Shown here in pieces: positions 28,135-38,700 of a DNA stretch of 64,000 bases. A model generated the notes under the pieces. It was not told where the DNA came from. It was given only the letters and a program-made list of their open reading frames with translations, and did no database searches. The stretch lies in the IMG/VR virus record IMGVR_UViG_3300044608_001664, one strand, 5' to 3'. The position numbers were made by a program, and so were the translations under genes. The stretch is from an uncultured virus (IMG/VR IMGVR_UViG_3300044608_001664). Taxonomy: Duplodnaviria; Heunggongvirae; Uroviricota; Caudoviricetes; Schitoviridae. How positions within the stretch are numbered: position 1 is the first letter of the stretch; the number at the start of each line of letters is the position of its first letter.

Positions 28135-28863
28135 ATGACCCAACCCGTCAATGACAATCTGGTGCTCATCGCAGGTAAATCCGCTACCGGAAAATCAGCC
28201 TGCTTGGCTGGCCTCAAGAATCCGGAAGGTGTGATGTACCTCAACTGTGAGGCTGGTAAGAAGCTCCCCTTCCGATCCAAGTTCAAGCAGTTCACTATCG
28301 TTGATCCGCTTCAGGTTTATGAAGCCTTCGATGCTGCCGAGAACATGCCGGATGTGCACACCATCGTGGTCGATACCCTGACCTACCTGTTGGATATGTA
28401 CGAGTCGATCTACGTCTACAACGCTGCCAATGGTCAGAAAGCCTGGGGAGACTTCTTCCAGTATTTCAAGACGCTGATGCAGACCTACGTGGCTCGCAGT
28501 ACCAAGAACGTCATCTTCCTGGCCCATACCGCTGATGTGCTGAACGAAAGCGAAATGGTCATGGAAACCAAGGTGCCGGTCAAAGGTGCAACCAAGAACA
28601 ACGGCATCGAATCCTACTTCTCTCTGGTGGTTGCCACCAAGAAGGTACAGCTCAAAGCACTGAAGGATTACCAATCCGCATTGCTGACCATCACCCCGGA
28701 AGAACAGGCACTTGGTTTCAAGTACGTCTTCCAAACCAAACTCACCAAGGAAACGGTGGGTGAACGTCTACGTGGGCCTATGGGTATGTTTGATACCCAG
28801 GAAACCTACACGGACAACAACGCGCAGTTGATCATGGATCGCCTGCACGAGTACTACAGCTAA
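28135..28863 (+). CDS. AAA ATPase, Sak4-like (N4 gp44-like)
   Basis: GKSATGKS, IVVDT, IFLAH; between primase and SSB. Confidence 0.85.
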   Translation: MTQPVNDNLVLIAGKSATGKSACLAGLKNPEGVMYLNCEAGKKLPFRSKFKQFTIVDPLQVYEAFDAAENMPDVHTIVVDTLTYLLDMYESIYVYNAANGQKAWGDFFQYFKTLMQTYVARSTKNVIFLAHTADVLNESEMVMETKVPVKGATKNNGIESYFSLVVATKKVQLKALKDYQSALLTITPEEQALGFKYVFQTKLTKETVGERLRGPMGMFDTQETYTDNNAQLIMDRLHEYYS

Positions 28864-28925
28864 CAGCAGTACCCACCTTTCCCAAACACTCGAAATACCC
28901 CTCCATTTTATAAAGGAAAACTCAA

Positions 28926-29660
28926 ATGAGCCTCCTCGCAAACCTCGCTTCCGATTCCTCCATTGCCGATGAGAAAGATTCTCTGGGTGGTAATTCCGTC
29001 CTCAACTCTGCAGCCTATCTGCTGAACATCTCGCTGGCTTACCTGTCCAAAGCAGCCAGTGGTGCTCTGGCACTGAACGTCGTCACCAAGACGGAAGATG
29101 GCCGTGAACTGCGTCAACAATTCTGGATGACCTCTGGCACGGCCAAGGGCTGCAAGAACTACTACGAGAAGGACGGTGAAAAGCATTACCTGCCGGGCTT
29201 CACACATGCCAATGCTCTGTGCCTCCTGACCGTTGGCAAGGAAATCTCCCAACTGGAAACCGAATCCAAGGTCATCAACCTGTGGTCGTCTGAAGCCAAG
29301 GCTGAAGTACCGACCAAGGTGGACATGCTGACCGATCTGCTGAACCAGCAAATCTACGCTGGCGTGATCAAGCAGACCGTGGACAAGACCAAGAAGAACG
29401 ATGCCGGTGAATACGTTGCCACGGGTGAAACCCGTGAAGAAAACGAGATCGACAAGTTCTTCCGTGCCAAGGACAAGATGACCACTGCCGAGATCCGTGC
29501 ACAAGCTGCAGAAGCTGCCTTCTTCGCCTCCTGGGAACAGAAGTGGACCGGCAAGGTCAAGGATCGTGCCAAGGGCGCTGCAGCCGGTCTGCCGGGTGTT
29601 CCGAAGCTGGGTGAAGCCCCGAAGGGTACTGCCAAGCCGACCACCAGCCTGTTCGGCTAA
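28926..29660 (+). CDS. ssb: single-stranded DNA-binding protein (N4 gp45-like)
   Basis: Synteny; YLPGF, ETREENEIDKFF, C-terminal SLFG tail. Confidence 0.85.
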   Translation: MSLLANLASDSSIADEKDSLGGNSVLNSAAYLLNISLAYLSKAASGALALNVVTKTEDGRELRQQFWMTSGTAKGCKNYYEKDGEKHYLPGFTHANALCLLTVGKEISQLETESKVINLWSSEAKAEVPTKVDMLTDLLNQQIYAGVIKQTVDKTKKNDAGEYVATGETREENEIDKFFRAKDKMTTAEIRAQAAEAAFFASWEQKWTGKVKDRAKGAAAGLPGVPKLGEAPKGTAKPTTSLFG

Positions 29661-29669
29661 TCGTTGTTT

Positions 29670-29806
29670 AGTCCTGGCAGCTATCGTCTGCTCTGCTCGT
29701 CAGGACTTTTCGCAGCCTGTAGTACCTACTGGATCAGACGATGAATGTAGGTGAGCGCAGGAAGATCGGAGCGGAGAGTTCCGACAAGTGGGTGAAAGCC
29801 CCACAA
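29670..29806 (+). ncRNA. candidate structured RNA with loop-loop pairing
   Basis: Four consecutive hairpins; loop ATCGTCTG (29683-90) complementary to loop CAGACGAT (29735-42). Confidence 0.5.
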
Positions 29807-29812
29807 GAATAC

Positions 29813-29886
29813 GCGGGATTGGCTCATTGGTTGAGTTCCAGCCTTCCAAGCTGGCTAAAGGAGTTCGATTCTCCTATTCCGCTCCA
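29813..29886 (+). tRNA. tRNA-Gly(TCC)
   Basis: Acceptor GCGGGAT/ATTCCGC, D arm GCTC/GAGT, anticodon arm CCAGC-CTTCCAA-GCTGG, T arm AGGAG-TTCGATT-CTCCT, T-CCA end. Confidence 0.93.
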
Positions 29887-29967
29887 ATACATGCCAAGCC
29901 ACTGTTGATGCCGTCCTAACGGATAGATACTAGGAGCAAGGCACGTAGCCCTGTAGTACCTCCCTTC

Positions 29968-29998
29968 GGCCAGTCCCAGCAATGGGCTGGCCTTTTTT
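29968..29998 (+). terminator. intrinsic terminator
   Basis: GGCCAGTCCCA-GCAA-TGGGCTGGCC then TTTTTT. Confidence 0.85.
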
Positions 29999-30013
29999 AT
30001 TTGAAAGCATTTC

Positions 30014-30337
30014 ATGAACGATCAAAAAGTCGAGCAGGAAATTCAAGACAAAGGGCTGAATGCTCCACGAGTCACCAAGGATCGAATTGATGCTCTGATG
30101 TCTTGTGTGACCTTCTACACCGTCGTCCCGGAAGGCACGACATCCACGTTCGCCCATGCGTATCTGGATGGTCGTTTCCTTCTGGCCACCGGACACAGTG
30201 CTTGCGTTTCCCTGGAGAACTTCAATGCCGAACTTGGTGAGAAGATCGCCCTGGAAAAAGCTGAAGCTGCTGCCAGGGACAAGCTCTGGGAACTGGAAGG
30301 TTACCGCCTGTACTGGCAACTTCAGGAGGCAGCATGA
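30014..30337 (+). CDS. N4 gp49/Sf6 gp66-family protein (probable Acb4-like nucleotide sponge)
   Basis: APRVT..RID, GHSACVSLENFNAELGEKIA, KLWELEGYRL. Confidence 0.8.
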   Translation: MNDQKVEQEIQDKGLNAPRVTKDRIDALMSCVTFYTVVPEGTTSTFAHAYLDGRFLLATGHSACVSLENFNAELGEKIALEKAEAAARDKLWELEGYRLYWQLQEAA

Positions 30338-30636
30338 GCGAGCAGTCTACCCCCACTCCGGAAGTACCCAGCGATCTGTTGGCTGTCAACGATCTGGATC
30401 ACTTCATTGTTTTGTTGACCGGCTGGCACAACCGACAAGTGGCTACTGTTGAGCATCTTCGGGATGCACCGACAGGAATCACCGTGATTGTTGGTGAGGG
30501 TGAAGAAGCCAAGGAACAGAAGCTGGAAGGGGAATTCCTGGCAGGCTTCCAACTGGGTATTGGCCTGGCATTGAATTATCTTGGCAAGATGCCTTTCATG
30601 GCCGAGTACGCCGATGTCCCTCCAGCAGTCCACTAA
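30334..30636 (+). CDS. conserved N4-like hypothetical protein
   Basis: GGAGG RBS, ATGA overlap. Confidence 0.7.
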   Translation: MSEQSTPTPEVPSDLLAVNDLDHFIVLLTGWHNRQVATVEHLRDAPTGITVIVGEGEEAKEQKLEGEFLAGFQLGIGLALNYLGKMPFMAEYADVPPAVH

Positions 30637-31177
30637 ACCGGGCATTCAAGAGGAATGGATGCCCATACCTGATTTTGTTGGGTACGAGGCATCCACTCTT
30701 GGAAGGGTGCGTTCCTATCGAAGCATTAATGGTAAAGGTGGATTACGCCTGATACCACGGCTTCTCAAGCTAATGGACAGCCCCAAGAAGGAATACTTGC
30801 GGGTAGGATTGGTAGATGGATTAGGGAAAGTAAGGCATATCCCGGTTCACACCCTGGTTCTGCTAACTTTTGTTGGGCCACGCCCTTCAAAAGACCATGA
30901 TTGCTGCCATCAAGATGGCAATGCACGGAATAACGTCGTATGGAATCTGCGATGGGATACCAGGCAAGCCAATGCAGATGATCGCGTCAATCATGGTACG
31001 CAGGTTAGAGGAAAAGATGCTCCTCTAGCGGTACTCACCGAAACCCAAGTTCGAGAGATCAAAGACGCGCTCCCTACCTGGAAAAAGGGGATGGGGCGTT
31101 TCTTTGCTCAAAAATTTGGCGTAGGGGATTCCGCAATTTCAGCCGTTAAACTTGGACTCACCTGGAGCCACATATGA
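30614..31177 (+). mobile_element. NUMOD4-HNH homing endonuclease
   Basis: EEWMPIPDFVGYEASTLGRVRS; VHTLVLLTFVG; HQDGNARNNVVWNLRW; start approximate. Confidence 0.88.
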
Positions 31178-31746
31178 AGCTCAAAGTATGTGGACAAGAT
31201 CCGAGTCTAAGAAACTGGGGATTGTCCATTGGAACATACGACACGGATACCAAGGAATTGGTAATTGAAGAAGTCGATGTGATCAATCCAGAACTCCCGA
31301 CAGGGAAACAGGTTCGGCAGAACAGCCTAGACTTGGAATCAGCCAAGCAACTATGTGCTGCTGCCTTAGCTGCCGCCAAAGGGGCACAAGCCATCTTTGT
31401 CGAAGTACCTGTCGGCAGTCAATCTGCCCGAGCCATGGCCTCCTACGGCATCTGTGTCGGCGTCTTGGGCGCATTGCGTGCCACCGGAATTCCGTTCTTC
31501 GAAGTTACCCCTACTGAAGTCAAGCTGGCTTCAGCTGGGAAGAAAACTGCCACCAAACTGGAAATGATCCAGTGGGCCATGAAGCAACATCCAGAAGCCA
31601 ATTGGCCTGTCTACAAGCAGAAGGGCGAACTCAAGGTCAGTGAGGCGAAAGCCGAGCACATGGCCGACGCCACTGCTGCCATCTACGCAGGACTGTCCTG
31701 CAACTCTTTTCAACAACTGCTGCCCTTCATGCAGCCTTCTCATTGA
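31174..31746 (+). CDS. RuvC-like Holliday junction resolvase
   Basis: GQDPSLRNWG, FVEVP, PTEVK, EHMADA. Confidence 0.85.
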   Translation: MKLKVCGQDPSLRNWGLSIGTYDTDTKELVIEEVDVINPELPTGKQVRQNSLDLESAKQLCAAALAAAKGAQAIFVEVPVGSQSARAMASYGICVGVLGALRATGIPFFEVTPTEVKLASAGKKTATKLEMIQWAMKQHPEANWPVYKQKGELKVSEAKAEHMADATAAIYAGLSCNSFQQLLPFMQPSH

Positions 31747-31755
31747 AAGCAAACC

Positions 31756-32124
31756 ATGCAAATCAATCTCAAGCAACCCGAAATCGAACAGGCATTGCGT
31801 GCCTACGTGAACGCCCAAGGCATCAGCCTGTACCAGAAGGATGTCTCCATCTCCTTCACGGCTGGTCGTCGTGAAAGCGGTATCTCGGCAGAGATCTCCA
31901 TCGAAGATGTGGAAATCCCGGGCTACACCAACGACACGCCGACCCCGGCACCGACCAAAGCAGCTCCGGTACTGACCCTGGCCCCGGCTGCTGTGGAAGC
32001 AGTGGAAGCCGAAGAAGCTCCGGTTCCGCAAGAACCTGTTGGCGCTGAACCGGGTGAAGTCCCGGCAGCCGCTGAAGAAGCTCCTGCTGCTGAACCCAAG
32101 GCAACCGTCAGTCTGTTCGGTTAA
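31756..32124 (+). CDS. conserved N4-like hypothetical protein
   Basis: FTAGR motif; Pro/Ala/Glu-rich tail ending SLFG. Confidence 0.75.
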   Translation: MQINLKQPEIEQALRAYVNAQGISLYQKDVSISFTAGRRESGISAEISIEDVEIPGYTNDTPTPAPTKAAPVLTLAPAAVEAVEAEEAPVPQEPVGAEPGEVPAAAEEAPAAEPKATVSLFG

Positions 32125-32138
32125 TCCGAGTTCCGGCC

Positions 32139-32330
32139 ATGTGGACGATTGTGAAAGGGGTGTTCTACACCCTGATTGCAGTACTCGTTGTCTACGCGGC
32201 CATTGGGATCGGAACCATTCTGGCGATCATCGGTGCAGCCCTCGGTAGCCTAGCTATCGGGGGCGCTGTCTTGCTGTTCGTGATCCTGATGGTCAAGGAA
32301 CTATTCGAGGGGCCATCCCCACCCGAGTAG
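32139..32330 (+). CDS. small membrane protein
   Basis: Two hydrophobic helices. Confidence 0.6.
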   Translation: MWTIVKGVFYTLIAVLVVYAAIGIGTILAIIGAALGSLAIGGAVLLFVILMVKELFEGPSPPE

Positions 32331-32338
32331 CATTAACG

Positions 32339-32361
32339 GAGGACTCCATAAGAGTCCTCCC
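32339..32361. terminator. hairpin between convergent transcription units
   Basis: GGAGGACTC-CATAA-GAGTCCTCC. Confidence 0.65.
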
Positions 32362-32371
32362 TTCATGCCAC

Positions 32372-32668
32372 TTATTTGACGCAAATGCTTTCTAGCGTAC
32401 CGCCTCCTGCCAGGAAGTCATCAACCCATTTGGGTTGACGGCCTCGACCTGTCCAGGTCTGGTCATTCCAACGATATTTGACAGGGACAGGAACCCCTAC
32501 TCTGGTTGAATCCTTTTCTGTAATCCCTAAGTCTTTCAACGTAAGCCCATTGGCTTTAATCAAAGCACGGATGGTTTCAATGGCCTCTGCTTTACGTTTA
32601 GCCATAAGGTGCTCGGCTTGCTTTTGTAACTGTGCAATTTCAGTCTGAATTTTCTGCAGATCGTCCAT
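32372..32668 (-). CDS. hns: H-NS family nucleoid-associated protein
   Basis: N-terminal coiled coil; VPVKYR...TWTGRGRQPKW DNA-binding motif; AGGAG RBS. Confidence 0.92.
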   Translation of the reverse strand: MDDLQKIQTEIAQLQKQAEHLMAKRKAEAIETIRALIKANGLTLKDLGITEKDSTRVGVPVPVKYRWNDQTWTGRGRQPKWVDDFLAGGGTLESICVK

Positions 32669-32739
32669 GCAATACTCCTAAAATGAAATGGGCAACATAG
32701 TTTCCTACGTTGCCCACAGAATTACCAGTTAACTTTGCA

Positions 32740-35700
32740 CTAGAACATCGCCATACCTGCCTTGATAGTTGCCAGTTCATCCAAGGAGCCAGGGAACTTC
32801 AATGCTCCAGCCTGTAATGGATTGTTCATTCGATGGATGAATTGAGAGTCAGTTAGAACAGGAGAATTGAAGTACTCACCCAAAGCCAAGATGGCTAGTG
32901 CACGCCCTGGCTGATCTCGATACAGATGAGCAATCACCTTCTGAATCCGTAAGTAATACTTGGTGAAGTACAACGCCCCCATATCATTCAGATACTGAAT
33001 AGTACGATGGGATGGGATGTCGTAGTTCACGAAAGCATCCGAAACCAATTGAATAGTTGCATCCTTATCCATTGGATTCTTCTTACGATTAGTTAGATGC
33101 TGATACAAGGTGTATCGAGCCACAAAGTCACTGACTTGAGTTCCATAACTCAGTGCCTGATATGCCTTGGTATCCTTAGCCATGTACACCATGCGACCTA
33201 CTGCCAATACATTTGGATTGAGTCCTTTGGTGAACTTCTCTGTATTCCGTACAAAGCGAGACTTGTAGGAGTACAGATCATCATCAGCAGCTACGTCTTC
33301 TACGATGCTAGGCATCAATCCAGCTTCGATCAGTTCTTTCACTGGATTACGCGCAAGTGCATCCTCCAAGCGAATTACTTCACGTTCAAGCTCTGCTTGA
33401 TTTCCGTGGGTATATCCGGAAGAGAGCTTTAGCTTGATATCCGCAAGCAAGGCACTATCTTTCCGATAGTCAGACACGCCTTTCAATGCTACTCGATGAT
33501 GGTGCAGGATATCCTTCGGATTGACGCCAAACCAGAGCAGTTGAGACAGGTTACTCATCACGTTACCCATTAGGGTAACTCCTGTCTTGACTACCAGAAT
33601 ATCCTTGGTTTCTTTCACCACTTCCTGCCAAATGTCTTCGAATTGACGGACACGCAGAGCTGCCTTTTCACCAAGGATATGGGTGAGGAAGTCCGCAAAG
33701 AATTTCTCAGCAATATTTCGTTGAGCAGCCTCTTTCGTGAACACATCCGACAGGCTGGATTTGCGATATCCGAAGTTGATGTCCAGCAGATCAATCCGGA
33801 CCAGCATACCTTCGCTACCCCAGATTTCCCGGACTGCCTGTTTGGTGGATTCTGGTAGCAGTTGCCAGATTTCCCGGTGTTCAGCATCCGTGCTGTCCGG
33901 ACCAATACGGACATACGATTCAGAACGGTGTGCGAATTCTTCATGGTATTGCTGATACAGGGCTTCCACTACCTTGCGATTTTGCTCGGTAGAGGTTTCC
34001 TTGTCATAGATGCTCCCTGCCAATGCTCCAAGGATTTTCTCGAACCTGTTGTCCCGTTCCAGCAATACGTCCTTGGTGCCTGCTTGCATGAGGTATCGAT
34101 AATCCATAGCCCGCCCCTGTGCATCAAGCACAGGCACCGCATAATTTTCTTTTACCTTGCGAGGGTCAAAGTTAGGGTCAGCAGCGAACATACGGTTAAT
34201 CGCATTTGCCTTGCTACGATGGATAGCAGTCAGATCATCCTGATTGGCACGCCAATCGTTGATGTCCTTGGCCCCATCAGTACGTGCACGAGAACCCTTG
34301 GCACGCATCCCGGTGTAAGACATAGTGCCTGTGGTATGGGCACGCAATCCACCGTCACGAAGCAGGTACAAATGTTGAATTTCACCCTGGTTCTTTTCGG
34401 AAGGATCTAGGGACACTGCAGCTCCACGAACATACCCCATCTTCTTCAGCTTTTCCCCTTCAACCAGATTGGCTACCTTAACCTCACGGTACGGGTTGTA
34501 GATTTCCGGGGTGTATCCCTTGCTGTACAAGGCATCAGCATCCTCAAACAACCGTTCCTTGGATTGCTTTTGCAACTCACGGTGGAGCTTCAGCACCATC
34601 TCGACACCGTTGCCATCCGGACGATTCATCTCCCGATAGAGCACATTCTTGGCTACCGATTTTTGATCTTGATCCGCGTACTCAATTGCACGCAGGGTGA
34701 TCAGTTGTTCCAGGATATGCTCGACCTGAGTAGCCTGCTGTTCCGACAGGCTCCCCGCATGAGGGGTGCCACTCAGACGAGCGATGTTCCCTGCATTGAG
34801 CATCAGGTGTGCCCCACGCGACTCACTACTGGTCAGATAGTACCCAGTCACCTTGGCTTGTTTGGTGAAGTAGTGTTGGAACTGAGGATAGGTAGCCAAC
34901 TGGGCTTCCAGATTCCGGATCTCCTGAGCCAAGGAAGAAGGACTATTCAGCAGTTGGGCAATCCCAGACATCTTGTGCTGATCAAGCAAGGAAACCATGT
35001 CCGTGCGAAGGAAAATATAGCTAATTGCTTCCTTCTCTTTTTCGGTAAGGTCTTGGCCCTTGTTGGCGAAACTCTCCAACACGATCCGCGAAGCAGCCGT
35101 GATTTCGTTCTTCCGTTCGCCTTCCTGATGCTTGGTTTCTCGCAACAGTGCGTGGAACACCTTGTTACTGTCATTGGCCCCACGGATCTCATTGATGAGG
35201 CCAGCCAGCACACCATGACGCTTACGGAATTGCTGATCACGTAGACGATTGAAACCTTCCATGAGGAAGTCCACTCGATCCTGAGCAATCGTACTCAGTA
35301 CGGCACCTGCTGCATTGACAAAGCCATTCTTGGATTGCTTGAAGATGGCAGACCGACCGAATTCACCCACCTTCTTACGCACGAATTCAACTGCTTCCTG
35401 TCCCTTGGCTTCCAAGGGTTCCAGAAGAGTGGATTCACGATGCAACAACTGAGCACGCTTCTTGGCTTCGATACCAATCAACTGATCTACCAAATGCTCC
35501 AGCTTCACATTGGCAGCTTGGCCTTCATATGTGTGGGTGACCTTACCAACAATCCATCCCATCACCTTTTGGAAATATGCCTCCAGACGCTCCACAAAGC
35601 CCTTGGCTTGATCGATCTGGGTGCGCCGGGAGGTTGCCATGTCCAACACCTTGTTGAAGCCTTCATGGGCCAGGCCGACAGCAGCAAAGCGAGCCAGGTA

Positions 35701-38700
35701 ATCCGAGCGGTTACCCTGGTGCTTTTCCATCTTGAAGATGAAATCGTACAGTGACTGAGCTGCCTGAAGATTAGGAGCAATCCCGGCAGTCACAAAGTCT
35801 TGTGCACGTACCGCAGCACGGACTTCCTGATACAACTTTGCCAGCTCAGAGTAGGCAAAAGTAGACTGGTTTTCATTGTCATCTACTGCAGCCCGTACCG
35901 TGGCTTCTACTTGCTCCAGAACAAAGGCTTCCTGGTCATTGAACCGGAATCCAGAAGCCAGAGCTTCCGAGGCAAAAGGCGCTTCACCTGCCACCAGAGA
36001 CTGAAGCCAGAGATCAGTAGGAGAGAGCACTGTATTGGACATACGGCTCTCCTTCAGGGAGCCGAAAGGTCCATGCAGCTTGGAGACAATACCTTCCAGC
36101 AATCCACGCATCTGATTGGTGAATTTCGACGAATTCCCAGACAGGGATTCGAAGATATCCAATGTGGTCATGTTGCGTACTTGAGCAGCCATGGACAGAT
36201 TGATATCTGGAACACTCGGCTTGTTGGCTTTGGAGGCTTGATGGAAAAGTCCGGAGACATTGCTGATCAGCACACCCATACCGTTCCTGGCTTGTTCCTC
36301 TGCAGTCTTGTTCGAAGTACGGAACAACAAGCCAGTCAAGATATCGATGAATGCTTTCATACCCTTGATCAACACGTTCTTCTGAGTCTTCGAAGTCATA
36401 GTGATCTGGTTGAGTACTTGCTTCTGGAAGTCCAGATTGGACATACCCCAAGCTACCAGTTCATGCACATTGGTCACGGCTGCCTTGAACTGACTCAGGT
36501 TGTTCTCGGTGATGAACTGGATCGCCTTACCACGCAAGGACTCCAGCTCGTTGATCAAGCGGAGAGCTGGACTGGTGTACTTCGGGTTGGCTTTCTTGGC
36601 TTCCAGTTCTTGTTCGATAGTCCGAGCCAGAGCACCATGGGTTAGCTCATGCAAAAGTGTTTCATCCGTCAAACCAGAAAACTTGAATTCCGGAGACAGA
36701 GCATAAATAACTTCTTGCCCATTCTTGGACACGTACCACCCACGAGAAGCATCAGATGGGCCTTCCAATACCTGATCATTAGCAGTACTGGGGGTCACGT
36801 AGCGAATCGTTAGTTCCGGATTCACTGTCTTCTCGATTAGCTTCAACAGTCGCAGGTTGAACTCTTGAATATTGTTGGATTTACCCGCCGACAGTTTCTT
36901 CGCCAGTACACGGATGGCTTGGGGTGCAGTAAGTACTGAGCGCTTTTCGAACAGGGCAACTAATTCGGGATCGCTTTCGATGGCGGGTTTTCCTTCACCT
37001 CCCCAACGAGTATCCAGAACCGCTTCTGCCTTGACCGCTGGTTTAACTGTGTTGGTAGACGAAGCCCCAAGACCCAGTGAATCCTCAATCTTCTTTACCG
37101 CATTCATCAATGCTTCGGAAGTACCAGAGGGTACTTGAGCCAACTTGGTTTGAGCCGCTGCACGGTCTTCGTTGGTCACTTCGTAGTTGCCCCCTTCCAA
37201 GGCATACTGGTCAATGAAACCCATCTGAGCCAGTGCTTCCAGCTTGATCTTGTCAGCTTGGTTAGCCACAGACGAAGCATTAACTGCCAGATCGGAAAGG
37301 AACACTTTCGGGTCGATCTTGGCATCGGTTGCCAGTTTGTTGATGGCAGAAGCTACCTTGTCTTTGACAACATCAGGTACGCCTTCAGACATCAAAGAAT
37401 CAAGTCCCTGTGCAGTTCGCTCAAACATCCCCAGCATCTCGGAAGCTGGGGAATAGTTCAGCATCGCATTCCAGGTTGCCTTGTTCAGATTGCGTGCGGT
37501 CTGGTCGAACTGACCCAAGCCAGAGCCATGAGCATCATGGACGTTCAGGACTTCATTTCCTTCTGCTGCATAGTGGGAAATGGCACTGTCCGTCGAATGG
37601 ATCAGCATGACCATCATGGCAACACCAGGATCGATTTCCACACGGTTGTAGGCATGAGCACCTACAGAGAAAGCCCCGTTGTCACCAAATGCCTGGCCGA
37701 ACTGGATAGAGCTTTCGTACATCGATTCGTCCGAAAGTTTACGATCCGTTTTAGCGGACAGAAGCCCTGCCTTCTGGTTGTTGCTATCCTTGGACATCAA
37801 GGTATGAATAACCGGGAACAGCGCATCCACTTTCTTGCGGAGATCCCGTTCCTCGGCTTGGGTTAGATCACGGATTGGTTTGCCCACTCCATCGATAGCG
37901 ATCCCATCTGTACGCCCATCCTTGGTTCGTTGAACCATCTCATCCAGGAATTCCTGACGATACCCTTGGTAGGCCGCATCGTAGAGAGCAAACGCTGCCT
38001 GAGCCACCTTGTTCAGGGTCTTACGGTTTTCCATGAACACAGCGAAATCCTGCTTCATGGTGGCTTCGACTGCCTTACCCAAGGTGCCTCGGAAAACATT
38101 CTTCAGACGGCTGATTTCATCCTCAGTGAACTCACGTTCCAGTAGGGAATCCTTAGTCGTGATCGAAATACCCAACTGACGTAGATTGGTGATCAAGTCT
38201 GCCTGAGACAGAGCATCCTTCTTGTTCGTAGCCGTGGCTTCCATTGCATCGTAAACGGACTCAACGAACTTGTTTGCCATGCTATTCAGGGCTGAATCTA
38301 CAGAGGAACCAAAGACCATCGCAGTCAGGGGAGTCTTGATGATATTTCGTCCTGCCTTCTCGATTGCCTGGGTCTTCTCGTTCTCCAATTGACCAGTGAA
38401 AGCATACACAGCGGTCAACATACGTTGATCCACTGCATCCTTGCCCTTGGCTTGAACCATACGACGAACATTGTTCATCACATGACGAGTCGTGGTTTCG
38501 TAAAGGTCAGTTTGACCTGGCTTTCCACGCCAGATGTTGTATTGCGAATCGGCGTTACCTTCTTCGAAGAAGCCACCACGGTTCAACAAACCAAACAATT
38601 CCTTGGCAGAGGAAGCCGCCCCCAACAACAGATGACTGAGCATCGGGCCGTTGGTCACACCGTCGATCTCGCCCATCATCTGTACAGTGAAGTTGCCCTT

